Assembly: GCA_028718525.1 (NCBI GenBank)
Contig: JAQULP010000001.1
Span: forward strand, 1,406-65,405
Reading direction: 5' to 3'
DNA: 64,000 nucleotides
Origin: Sulfuricurvum sp.
Lineage (GTDB): Bacteria; Campylobacterota; Campylobacteria; Campylobacterales; Sulfurimonadaceae
The stretch's first letter is position 1. Each line of letters starts with the position of its first letter. The position numbers and the translations under genes were made by a program. Shown here piece by piece: positions 51,514 to 60,709 of this stretch. The notes beneath the pieces are model-generated. The model saw only the letters and a list, made by a program, of their open reading frames with translations. It was not told where the DNA came from and did no database searches.

Positions 51514-52971
51514 ATGAAGAAGGTACAAGTGTTTTTCTCTTTTTTTAATCGCTTCCGCACAGAAAAATCACTCACAGAAAATCTTCCCAAACTCCTCCAT
51601 GACGATACCGTCTCTCCACAAAAACTATTTGGCACCATTGCCGAACAGCATGATGGTACCTTTTATGAAGATTTTTTACTTTTTCATCAAGACACTTCTA
51701 CGGCAATCGACTTACTCCTTTTTATCCCGGAAAGAGGTATCTTTATCGGAGAAAAAGTGGTATGGACGCCCAATGATTTGGAAGGAGCCAGTATTGAACG
51801 TTCCTCAAAACGTTCAAAGAAAACTCCCTCAACCCACTTGGAAAAAAGAGAATGGAGAATTCATCAAAAGCTGCAAGATGTCCTCTCTTTTGATTCTACT
51901 CCGATAATCCGTTTTTTTTGGTTTCCTTATCTCACAGAAGATGGTTTTGACCGTTTAGACTCCTCGTTTCATCAGCTTCTTCCCAAAAATCATCTAATCT
52001 TCAGAGACACTCCTCAGGAAGCTATCCTATCTAAATTTGCATCGCTCGCCCCGTTAAAACATGAGCCTTATTCAAAAGTGAAAATCATCGGTTCCCTTTT
52101 GTCCCATACTCTCCTTCTCCCTACCAAATCCGATCCTTTCGGGAAAATTCTATCCGAAGAGCAAATAAAATTTTTGGAAACCCCGCTGCACTCTCCGTTG
52201 ACACAACTCTGCGGAGATTATGGAAGTGGAAAAAGTACCCTTTTGCTGCGTAAAGCTTTGCAAATACTCTTAACAAATCGACTCGAGAAGATCATAATCA
52301 TTACTCCGACACGCCTAGGCGGCGAACTCATGCGAAATGAGTTAGTCAGCCTAATAGAATATGGAGTACTGGACGTTAATCTCGGATCGTTTTTTTTCCA
52401 TATCCCTGAACAAATAGATAACAGCGATTTTCAAAAGCATCTTCAGGAATCGACTCTCATCATTTGTGATGATGCCGACCAACTTGAAAATAGTTTGATA
52501 GAGAGACTTATGCACCATGACGAAAACCGCCTTTTTCTTTTAAGTTCTCTTGAACCTATAATGTCCTCATGCAACACTAAACTGATCAACCATTATCGAT
52601 ATGATGCCCGTCATTATCTTTTTAATTGCTCTGAAAACACTCTATTAAGTACTCTGCTTACTGATTTGCGCAAACGTCTTGCCGATACCCCATCATCTGA
52701 AATTATTGTAGTGTTTGAAAATTATGCGACGCTCAATGAGTACAAAGTGATGATTAACGAATACCTGCAATTATCGTGTCAAATATTGATTCCCTCTTTT
52801 AGTCTTCAGTATCAAGATTTTGATAGCCTCATCCTCACAATTCCCGAGTGTCTCTGCGGCATTTCTATTCCTCATCTGTATTTTATCTCTTCCGGAAGTG
52901 TTGATAACTACCCCTTTATACTAAGCCGTGCGTCAGAATCGGTGACTATAATCACTTATTCAAAATCCTAA
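51514..52971 (+). CDS. NERD-like nuclease domain fused to a truncated SF1 helicase-like P-loop domain (degenerate)
   Basis: IDLLLFIPERGIFIGEK..W (NERD-like); LSEEQ Q-motif, GDYGSGKST Walker A, IICDDAD Walker B. Confidence 0.6.
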   Translation: MKKVQVFFSFFNRFRTEKSLTENLPKLLHDDTVSPQKLFGTIAEQHDGTFYEDFLLFHQDTSTAIDLLLFIPERGIFIGEKVVWTPNDLEGASIERSSKRSKKTPSTHLEKREWRIHQKLQDVLSFDSTPIIRFFWFPYLTEDGFDRLDSSFHQLLPKNHLIFRDTPQEAILSKFASLAPLKHEPYSKVKIIGSLLSHTLLLPTKSDPFGKILSEEQIKFLETPLHSPLTQLCGDYGSGKSTLLLRKALQILLTNRLEKIIIITPTRLGGELMRNELVSLIEYGVLDVNLGSFFFHIPEQIDNSDFQKHLQESTLIICDDADQLENSLIERLMHHDENRLFLLSSLEPIMSSCNTKLINHYRYDARHYLFNCSENTLLSTLLTDLRKRLADTPSSEIIVVFENYATLNEYKVMINEYLQLSCQILIPSFSLQYQDFDSLILTIPECLCGISIPHLYFISSGSVDNYPFILSRASESVTIITYSKS

Positions 52972-52983
52972 CGGAGCGTTCAA

Positions 52984-53388
52984 ATGGCTAAAATGATCAA
53001 AACCGATGCCGAATGGCAAACGCTTCTCTCCCCGGAAGCGTACCATGTTGCCCGACAACACGGTACGGAGAGAGCTTTTACCGGAAAATATGCAAATTTT
53101 AAAGAAGATGGAATCTATACATGCGTCTGTTGTGCAGCACCGCTCTTTGATTCCACTGCAAAATTCGATTCCGGTACCGGATGGCCGAGCTATGATCGAC
53201 CAATCACTTCGGATGCACTGGAAGAAAAACGGGATAGCTCGCACGGAATGATTCGTGTTGAAGTGCTGTGTGCAACGTGCGATGCCCATTTGGGGCATGT
53301 TTTTCCAGACGGACCGAAAACAACCGGTCTGCGCTATTGCATCAATTCCGTATGTCTTAATTTTATACCACGTCAACAGGAGTCTTAA
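52984..53388 (+). CDS. msrB: Peptide-methionine (R)-S-oxide reductase
   Basis: GTERAF, Cxx[20 protein letters not shown] and RYCINS. Confidence 0.96.
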   Translation: MAKMIKTDAEWQTLLSPEAYHVARQHGTERAFTGKYANFKEDGIYTCVCCAAPLFDSTAKFDSGTGWPSYDRPITSDALEEKRDSSHGMIRVEVLCATCDAHLGHVFPDGPKTTGLRYCINSVCLNFIPRQQES

Positions 53389-53921
53389 TGCGCCTTATTT
53401 TCAGTTTACTATTGGTTTCAGTCCTCAGTTTTGCCGCTGGTCATCCGCGTGTATCCCTAGAAACAACACAAGGTACACTTACCGTGGAACTCTATGAAGA
53501 TGTCGCTCCGCTTGCAGTAGAAAACTTCACCACCCATGTCAAAAATGGATACTACAACGGATTAACTTTTCATCGTATTATTAAAAACTTTATGGTTCAG
53601 GGTGGAGATCCAACCGGAACCGGTGCCGGGGGAGAATCGATTTGGAAAAAACCTTTTAAAGATGAATTTAAATCCGGTGTCGTTTTTGATAAAGCAGGAA
53701 TATTAGCCATGGCTAATGCCGGTCCGAGAACGAATGGAAGCCAATTTTTCATCACGACAGCACCTACACCGTGGTTAAACGGTTACCATACCATTTTCGG
53801 ACGGGTTATATCGGGTACGGATACCCTTTCCAAACTCAATAATGTCCAAACGAACGGTCAAAACGGCGGGGATAAACCGCTTCAAACACAAAAAATTATC
53901 AAAGCTACCTTACTCCCTTAA
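53388..53921 (+). CDS. Periplasmic cyclophilin-type PPIase
   Basis: Signal peptide, FHRIIKNFMVQGGD, LAMANAGP.TNGSQFFIT and HTIFG. Confidence 0.93.
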   Translation: MRLIFSLLLVSVLSFAAGHPRVSLETTQGTLTVELYEDVAPLAVENFTTHVKNGYYNGLTFHRIIKNFMVQGGDPTGTGAGGESIWKKPFKDEFKSGVVFDKAGILAMANAGPRTNGSQFFITTAPTPWLNGYHTIFGRVISGTDTLSKLNNVQTNGQNGGDKPLQTQKIIKATLLP

Positions 53922-53934
53922 CACTCTCCTCTTA

Positions 53935-53968
53935 GCCCGTCAAAGTCTTCTCAAAGAGATTAACGGGC
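53935..53968 (+). terminator. Hairpin after the cyclophilin gene
   Basis: GCCCGT...ACGGGC inverted repeat. Confidence 0.45.
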
Positions 53969-53975
53969 ATAATTT

Positions 53976-54013
53976 CGTAACCATTTTGTAACCAAAATGT
54001 AATGGTTCGTAAT
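53976..54013 (+). promoter_or_regulatory. PhoB/OmpR-type direct repeats upstream of pit
   Basis: GTAACCA at 53977 and 53988; GTAAT at 53999 and 54009 (11/11/10-nt spacing). Confidence 0.55.
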
Positions 54014-54055
54014 GCTTATTTGTCCACAGTTACTAATCTTGATACTGGAGTTTCC

Positions 54056-55537
54056 ATGTTTTCGCGTGACAACCTATTTTTTGGCGGGATATTTCTCCTT
54101 GCTACAGCCATTTTTGTCGTTTGGGGGCTTGATTACGTCGCTCAGAACCATACACTTTTTGTTCTAGCAACCCTCTTTGGACTATTTATGGCATTTAACA
54201 TCGGCGGTAACGATGTCGCCAATTCTTTTGGAACCAGTGTCGGAGCTAAAACACTAACCGTTAAGCAGGCACTTGCCATTGCCGCTATTTTTGAACTTAG
54301 CGGTGCAATGCTTGCCGGTGCCGATGTAACCGATACGATTCGTAAAGGGATCGTCGATGTCTCTCAAATGACATTCGATCCGATGCTCTTTGTTTTTGTC
54401 ATGATGGGTGCATTGCTTGCTGCAGCGACATGGCTCCTTTTTGCGTCGATGAAAGGGTATCCCGTTTCAACGACCCACGCTATCGTTGGAGGAGTTCTTG
54501 GAGGATCGATTGCCTTAGGGTATGTTACCATGGATGCTGGGGAAAGCGTATTTGCTTTGGTTCATTGGGATAAAATCGTCACGATTGCCATTAGCTGGGT
54601 CGTCTCACCTATCTTAGGGGGAATCGCGTCTTATGGAATCTATTGGTATCTTAAAAAATACATTTTAGATTATAATGAAAAAGTACAGTCTCATATCGAT
54701 GAAATCAAACATCAAGTTAAAGAACTCAAAGCCTCCTATAATGAAGTGACTGCGACGGCGGATGAAAAAGCAAGTCACGATTCTCAACTACATGAACTCA
54801 ATCGTTTGCAAAAAAAATCCAATGCCTTTTATGCTTTGCGCAAGCATGCACCGATTGCAGCCGCATTTGCAACAACTATGATAGCTGGAATGCTTCTCTA
54901 CAAAGGGCTTAAACATGCCGGCTTGAAATTCGACGATGTTGAAATTCTCATGATTATTGCTACATTCAGCGCACTGGCCTATGGAATCACCTATGCAATT
55001 GTCAAAGTAATGCATAAAGACACACCGGCCAAAGCGACCTTGCGTCTGTTTAGTATGCTACAGGTATTGACGGCATCGGCCTTTGCATTCAGCCACGGTG
55101 CCAATGATATTGCCAATGCGATCGGGCCGTTTGCTGCGATTATCGACATTTTAGCGACCGGACAAATTAACAGTGAAGCACCGGTGCCTCTCATTGCCAT
55201 GGCAACCTTTGGTATAGCGCTGGTTGCGGGGTTATGGTTTATCGGAAAAGAAGTGATCCAAACCGTCGGAAGCCGTATCACCGAAATTTTCCCGGTAACC
55301 GGATTTGCGGCAGAGCTTGGAGCCACCCTCGTTATTTTGGCTGCCACAAAATTGGGGATCCCTGTCTCTTCTACCCACATTCTTATCGGAGCAATTATCG
55401 GTATCGGTATGCTAAACCGCAATGCCAACTGGGTCTTGATGAGACCTATCGCCCTTGCATGGATTATTACACTTCCAGCAGCGGGTGCGATGGCTGCCCT
55501 TTTCTTCTTTATCCTCAAAGCGGTATTCGGCTACTAA
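54056..55537 (+). CDS. PiT-family inorganic phosphate transporter
   Basis: GGNDVANSFGTSVG, PVSTTH, HGANDIANAIGP and PVSSTH; ATG 54056 after GGAG. Confidence 0.93.
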   Translation: MFSRDNLFFGGIFLLATAIFVVWGLDYVAQNHTLFVLATLFGLFMAFNIGGNDVANSFGTSVGAKTLTVKQALAIAAIFELSGAMLAGADVTDTIRKGIVDVSQMTFDPMLFVFVMMGALLAAATWLLFASMKGYPVSTTHAIVGGVLGGSIALGYVTMDAGESVFALVHWDKIVTIAISWVVSPILGGIASYGIYWYLKKYILDYNEKVQSHIDEIKHQVKELKASYNEVTATADEKASHDSQLHELNRLQKKSNAFYALRKHAPIAAAFATTMIAGMLLYKGLKHAGLKFDDVEILMIIATFSALAYGITYAIVKVMHKDTPAKATLRLFSMLQVLTASAFAFSHGANDIANAIGPFAAIIDILATGQINSEAPVPLIAMATFGIALVAGLWFIGKEVIQTVGSRITEIFPVTGFAAELGATLVILAATKLGIPVSSTHILIGAIIGIGMLNRNANWVLMRPIALAWIITLPAAGAMAALFFFILKAVFGY

Positions 55538-55660
55538 GCCCGATACCCCTTATCAACGCCGTTTTTCTCTCCTCAAATCGATCCTTTTGAAGCCAAAATA
55601 TTGATATCTCGTTGATACAATTGGGGATATAATTTTTCCCATTTTAAAAGAGGGGCTTCA

Positions 55661-55762
55661 ATGCACTTTTTGGATAATATGTGGATTGTCTTGGCGGAGT
55701 TCTTATTCATAATAGGACTCATTGTTATACTAGTCATTAAAATAGGTTCAACCATCAATAAA
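55661..55762 (+). CDS. Unannotated 33-aa single-TM small protein
   Basis: TATAAT at 55628-55633, GAGGGG RBS, MHFLDNMWIVLAEFLFIIGLIVILVIKIGSTIK*. Confidence 0.6.
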
Positions 55763-55833
55763 TAATTTTTTATCCGTTTATACAAAAATCTCTCTTCTGT
55801 ACTCTGTTAGCACATTTTGTTAAAGGATTTACC

Positions 55834-57156
55834 ATACATACCCATGAAATCAAACTTATCCTTTACAGTTTTATCGGATTAATACTGTTTGGAACCCTCT
55901 TATTGCTTTTCCCTTTTTCCCATAACGGTGATTTACGCTTCATCGATGCGCTATTTACTTCTACATCAGCCGTATGCGTCACCGGATTGATTGTAAAAGA
56001 CACCCCGATCGATTTCACCCCAATCGGCCAAGTGATTATTATGCTCTTAATCCAAATAGGCGGTTTAGGATATATGACGGCAGTCACATTTTTAGCTGTG
56101 GTCCGTCGTCAAAAAATCGGACACCGTGACCGCCTTATTTTACAAGAATCCTTAAATTATCCGGGAATGGACGGGTTGGTACGTTTTTTAAAAATCGTTT
56201 TTACCTCCATCTTCGTCATCGAGGTGATCGGGATGATTATCCTTACACTCCGCTTCTGGATCGATATGCCGATTGAAAAGGCAGCCTGGTTCGGTATTTT
56301 TCACGCCGTTTCGGCCTTTAACAATGCAGGATTTTCCCTATTTAGCGATAATATGATGGGATACCAAAACGATTGGATCATTAATATTACAATTCCGATA
56401 CTTATCATCCTTGGTGGATTAGGGTATTTGGTTTTACTTGAACTCTACAATTACCGACGCGGACAGCTTATCAGAATCTCTACCCATACACGGATTGTCC
56501 TTATTATGAGTACGGTTTTAATTCTCTTGGGGATGGTACTGCTCCTCTCATTGGAATGGAATAATGCTTTTAAATCCATGCAATGGGAAGAAAAACTCTT
56601 GGCGGCATGGTTTGCTTCGGTCAATTACCGAACGGCCGGTTTCAATACTATAGATCTTTCAACCCTCAGCGATGCGAATCTTTTTTTCTCCACTTTTTTC
56701 ATGATGACCGGAGGAAGTCCGGGGGGTACTGCAGGGGGTATTAAAACGACCGCCTTGGCCCTGGCACTTATTGGGGTATGGTATACTCTGCGCGGTGATA
56801 CCAATGCGCATATTTTCCGCCGTTCCATCTCTCCGTATCAAATTAACAAAGCCTATACCATCATCTTTATCGCATCGTTCTACGTTATGATCTCAACCAT
56901 AGCCCTTAGTGAAGTCGAGCGATTACCCTTTTTGCGTATTTTATTTGAGACAACTTCCGCATTCGGTACAACCGGACTTTCAACAGGAAACGGAGGTGTG
57001 TTGAGCTATTCGGCACTCTTTAGTGATTGGGGGAAAGCCAATATCATCATTTTAATGTTTATGGGACGGATCGGAGTATTTGCCTTTACCGTCGTCATTG
57101 TCGGAAAAGCGGCTCAAAGCCGAATTAAATATGCAGAGGGGAAAGTGGTACTATGA
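55834..57156 (+). CDS. ktrB: Trk/Ktr potassium uptake membrane subunit (KtrB/TrkH)
   Basis: DALFTSTSAVCVTGL, IQIGGLG, SAFNNAGF, RTAGF, GTAGGIKTT, SAFGTTGLS and MFMGRIG; first TM needs a start upstream of 55903, probably ATA at 55834. Confidence 0.9.
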   Translation: MHTHEIKLILYSFIGLILFGTLLLLFPFSHNGDLRFIDALFTSTSAVCVTGLIVKDTPIDFTPIGQVIIMLLIQIGGLGYMTAVTFLAVVRRQKIGHRDRLILQESLNYPGMDGLVRFLKIVFTSIFVIEVIGMIILTLRFWIDMPIEKAAWFGIFHAVSAFNNAGFSLFSDNMMGYQNDWIINITIPILIILGGLGYLVLLELYNYRRGQLIRISTHTRIVLIMSTVLILLGMVLLLSLEWNNAFKSMQWEEKLLAAWFASVNYRTAGFNTIDLSTLSDANLFFSTFFMMTGGSPGGTAGGIKTTALALALIGVWYTLRGDTNAHIFRRSISPYQINKAYTIIFIASFYVMISTIALSEVERLPFLRILFETTSAFGTTGLSTGNGGVLSYSALFSDWGKANIIILMFMGRIGVFAFTVVIVGKAAQSRIKYAEGKVVL

Positions 57157-57806
57157 AAAACTATGCGGTAATCGGCTTAGGAAAATTTGGATTTCACGTC
57201 GCCAAAGGACTGGCGCAACAAGGGTTAAGTGTCATAGCGGCCGATCAGGACGAAGAACAGGTACGCGAAATCAATGAATTCGTACAGGATGCGATCATTC
57301 TCGATTCAACCGATATGCGTGCTCTCCGGGAAGCGGGAATCGGGAATGTGGATATTGCTGTGGTAAGCATCGGCGAAAATATCGAAGCCAGTATATTAAC
57401 CGTCATGGCGCTTAAAGAACTGGGGGTCGAAACGGTTGTCGCCAAAGCGATTACCACCGTACATGGACAAATTCTCTCCAAACTAGGTGCCGCCAAGGTT
57501 ATCTATCCCGAAATGGAATCCGCTAAAAAAATTGTGAAAAAAATGGTGCAGAATATGCATTATGAAACCATCGATCTCTCCATTACAATGAAAATCGCCA
57601 AACTTACCGTCCCCTCTTTCTGGATCGGAATTTCTATTTTATCACCGATTTTTGAATCTGAATTTGAGGTCAAACCGATTGCCTATAAACATCAGGGGGT
57701 ATGGTATACCCTCTTTGAAAAAAATGATATCCTTGAAAAAGGGGATATCCTCGTTGTTCTAGGTAACAGTGCCCATATTGAGGCGCTAAGTAAAAAAGTT
57801 TATTAA
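57153..57806 (+). CDS. ktrA: Trk/Ktr RCK regulatory subunit (KtrA/TrkA)
   Basis: VIGLGKFG Rossmann motif, SIG...EASIL, AKA...HG.IL.KLGA..VIYPE. Confidence 0.9.
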   Translation: MKNYAVIGLGKFGFHVAKGLAQQGLSVIAADQDEEQVREINEFVQDAIILDSTDMRALREAGIGNVDIAVVSIGENIEASILTVMALKELGVETVVAKAITTVHGQILSKLGAAKVIYPEMESAKKIVKKMVQNMHYETIDLSITMKIAKLTVPSFWIGISILSPIFESEFEVKPIAYKHQGVWYTLFEKNDILEKGDILVVLGNSAHIEALSKKVY

Positions 57807-57821
57807 CCGGTCTCCAATACC

Positions 57822-58676
57822 TTAAGGTTTTTGGAGTTTTCCCAATGCATCTAAAATGCTCTTTTGTTTCTGCGCTTCTAACGGCTTATCGTTTGAAACA
57901 AATATATAGAATTCGACACGGCGATTTTTAGCCCTGTTCTCTTCCGAAGTGTTTTCCGCAACCGGTTTTGCCGAGCCAAATCCCGCTGTTGAAAGACGCT
58001 GTGCGTCTACACCATCACGTATGAGTTCACGCATCACCGCATCAGCTCTTCGACTGGAAAGCTCAATGTTATCCTGATACGGAGACCCTTTAGGTAACGG
58101 AGAATTATCTGTATACCCGCGCACTGAAATATCAACCGTAGGCGGTAGTTCAGCGATAATCTGGGCCACTCGTCGGATAAACAGATGCATCTCTTCATCA
58201 TCTATCGTTGCATTAGCACCACGGAACGGAATCGACGTAGGGAGTTTAAGCAAAACCCCGTCCATCATCTGATCCAAAGGACCTTCACCTGATCCCATAG
58301 AGATGTTTTTTAACTCCTCTTGAAGTTTGCTCAAAGCATCTTTGGTCTCTTCTTGCCGCTTCTCTTCACCGACAAATAACGATCCCCCCTCTTCTATCAG
58401 CATTTTCCCGCTTGGGTTTCCACTCGCATCGGGATCAGATTTTTTGGTATCGGGTACCATCTCTTGCACCGGATTAATCCGTTCTGCAACCGGAGCATAA
58501 TCATAAATTTTTACAAATTCTTCTTTGATTGCTTTTAATTTCTCTTTATTGACCGATGCTATTGCATACAGAGCGATAAAAAGGGCCAAAAGGAGACTGA
58601 AAAAGTCAGCTGTAGGAACTGCCCACTTCTCACCTGCAGGGCATTCAGGACATTTTTTACATTTTTTCTTAGCCAT
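57822..58676 (-). CDS. motB: Flagellar stator MotB (OmpA-like PG-binding domain)
   Basis: EKWAVPTADFFSLLLALFIALYA (catalytic Asp), GYTD, N.ELSSRRA and NRRVE. Confidence 0.93.
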   Translation of the reverse strand: MAKKKCKKCPECPAGEKWAVPTADFFSLLLALFIALYAIASVNKEKLKAIKEEFVKIYDYAPVAERINPVQEMVPDTKKSDPDASGNPSGKMLIEEGGSLFVGEEKRQEETKDALSKLQEELKNISMGSGEGPLDQMMDGVLLKLPTSIPFRGANATIDDEEMHLFIRRVAQIIAELPPTVDISVRGYTDNSPLPKGSPYQDNIELSSRRADAVMRELIRDGVDAQRLSTAGFGSAKPVAENTSEENRAKNRRVEFYIFVSNDKPLEAQKQKSILDALGKLQKP

Positions 58677-58688
58677 TATCTTTAGTCA

Positions 58689-59459
58689 TCAATCAAATTG
58701 ACTGTGTTTTTCTTCTCCCGGAGAAAGAAAATTGAGTAATTTTGCTTCTAAAGTACGTGGATTATCCCCGTGTGCAATACTGATAATCCCCTCAAGGATC
58801 AATTTTTGTTCTTTGACAAGATGATGAGATTTGGCTTTCATCTTGTTTCCGATTGGGCCGAATAAAACGTATGCGCTGAAAATCCCGGTTACCGTGGCGG
58901 TAAATGCCCCTGCAATCCCTGCAGCCATTTCTGAGGGGTTATCAAGCTTTTGCAATGCGAGAATCAGCCCTAAAACGGCTCCGACAAGCCCTAATACGGG
59001 CGATGTCTCTCCGGCCAAAATCCAATAGTGGGCACATCCATGATAATACTCTTCAGTTTGCTCAATTACCAACTCCATTGTTTCAACGATTGTATCAATT
59101 TCATTTCCATCAACCGCTAAACTCATCCCTTGTTTCATAAAATCATTGTCCAATACGGCTATCTTTGATTCTAATGACAATAAACCATCCCTACGTGCCG
59201 ATACGGCAAGGTCGACAATCTGTTTAATGCGGGCATGCAAATCCACAGAATTTTTTTTGAATACGAACGGTAAATTTTTGTAGGCTCCCCGAATGTACTC
59301 GGAATCGGTGCTAACCATCGAGGCAAGCAAAGTAGTCGGCATGATAATAATAAGTGACGTAATATGGATAATATGGAGCGGGTTCCCCCCCTCCATCAAA
59401 TCCCCTATGGAGATGGTTGTGATCGCACCTAAGATACCGATAATAACACTGAGATCCAT
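58689..59459 (-). CDS. motA: Flagellar stator MotA
   Basis: ARRDGLLSLE, GETSPVLGLVGAVLGL, AFTATVTG and GDNPR. Confidence 0.93.
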   Translation of the reverse strand: MDLSVIIGILGAITTISIGDLMEGGNPLHIIHITSLIIIMPTTLLASMVSTDSEYIRGAYKNLPFVFKKNSVDLHARIKQIVDLAVSARRDGLLSLESKIAVLDNDFMKQGMSLAVDGNEIDTIVETMELVIEQTEEYYHGCAHYWILAGETSPVLGLVGAVLGLILALQKLDNPSEMAAGIAGAFTATVTGIFSAYVLFGPIGNKMKAKSHHLVKEQKLILEGIISIAHGDNPRTLEAKLLNFLSPGEEKHSQFD

Positions 59460-59532
59460 GTAACCCTTTTAAATATCAATAAGAGCTTACTTAATCTTAT
59501 TGAAGCGCATTTTAAAAAGTTTATCTGAATGA

Positions 59533-59554
59533 GTGTGAAGTTTGTGTGAAGTTT
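59533..59554 (-). promoter_or_regulatory. Perfect 11-bp tandem repeat upstream of the motAB promoter
   Basis: (AAACTTCACAC)x2 on the minus strand, upstream of TAAAAT at 59509-59514. Confidence 0.5.
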
Positions 59555-60707
59555 ATTTTTTGCTTTCAAAAAGAGTATATAAGATTTTAATTAAAATCAT
59601 CAGAATGATTCCGCTCCCCATGCTGGCAACGATAAAAGCATAATATTCGTCATGTGAGATTGCACTAGCTTCATACCCGAGTGTTGCTATTGCTACCAAA
59701 AATGTAAGTGGCATAGAATCACTCAATGAAAAAAGAATTGTATTTTTGTATCCAAGATATCCGCTATAGGCAACCATAGAACTCACGAATCGAATCGTAA
59801 TCATTGATCCAGAAATAAAGAGTGCTGATAGTAAAATATTTGTGTCACTAAATGCATCCAAAGACAATGTCGATCCGACATGAATAAAAAATATCGGTAC
59901 TAAAAAACCGAATCCAAAGGAAGAGAGTTTTTCAGGCAGGTCGGTTTTGTGTTTAAAATAGGTTGCAATAAATACACCTGCTAAAAATGCCCCCAAAACA
60001 ACATCGATTTTAAGATAAAGCATGACGGCTATCATTATAAACATAAGCGCCATAGAAAAGCGTATATCCTGATCTTTGCCGTCGTCATGCGGCATAATAA
60101 GAGTTTTCAGCCCGGGATACCACCAAAATACAATTCGAATTGCTCTAAAAAAAAGGACAAATCCAATTAAAAACAAAAATAAACTACCCAATACAAAAAC
60201 AAAATCTCGGTTGTATCCATACTCTAGACCACCGCTTAGAATTGTCAACGCAATAATACTTACCAATTCACCGATAATCCCGATATTCAAGGCTAAGGCA
60301 AGCCAAGGCTTATTTTTACCATACTCTTTCACTAATGCCATTAACATACCAAGTGAAAAAATAGGTAAGGCAACAAGATAAACAGAGCTAAGATTCAAAT
60401 AGAAAAATAGTCCTAACGAACATGAATAAAGCATAACAAAATAGATAATTGTCCGCCGCAGTAATGATGATTTGGCAAAACCGAACTCTTTCAAGTTCAC
60501 TTCCATCCCCGCTAAAAACATGAGATATAAAAATCCGACTTTTGCAATGATTTTAAATAACTCATTTTCTACCAAAAGGCCAAAATATGCTGCCAAGCTA
60601 CCAAGCATTATTTCGACAACCACAACCGGTATTTTAGTTATACGGGAAAAAAATGGGGAAAATAGCACCAAAAGAGAGAGGGTAATAATAACAACAATAT
60701 CACTCAT
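59553..60707 (-). CDS. CPA2-family cation:proton antiporter
   Basis: About 12 TMs, P.VV.EI..G, MFLAGMEV, LGAFLAG and GFLVPIFFI.VG. Confidence 0.88.
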   Translation of the reverse strand: MSDIVVIITLSLLVLFSPFFSRITKIPVVVVEIMLGSLAAYFGLLVENELFKIIAKVGFLYLMFLAGMEVNLKEFGFAKSSLLRRTIIYFVMLYSCSLGLFFYLNLSSVYLVALPIFSLGMLMALVKEYGKNKPWLALALNIGIIGELVSIIALTILSGGLEYGYNRDFVFVLGSLFLFLIGFVLFFRAIRIVFWWYPGLKTLIMPHDDGKDQDIRFSMALMFIMIAVMLYLKIDVVLGAFLAGVFIATYFKHKTDLPEKLSSFGFGFLVPIFFIHVGSTLSLDAFSDTNILLSALFISGSMITIRFVSSMVAYSGYLGYKNTILFSLSDSMPLTFLVAIATLGYEASAISHDEYYAFIVASMGSGIILMILIKILYTLFESKK

Positions 60708-60709
60708 AA

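Noticed and set aside
52960-53376. 138-aa minus-strand ORF
   Set aside because: Antisense shadow of msrB.
55573-55785. 70-aa minus-strand ORF in the track
   Set aside because: No convincing features; the opposite strand has a better-supported 33-aa ORF with -10, RBS and a TM helix.
57822-59459. MotAB-like pair as Zorya ZorAB defence genes
   Set aside because: Normal-length MotA with no long cytoplasmic tail, canonical Campylobacterota MotB N-terminus, and no zorC/D/E.
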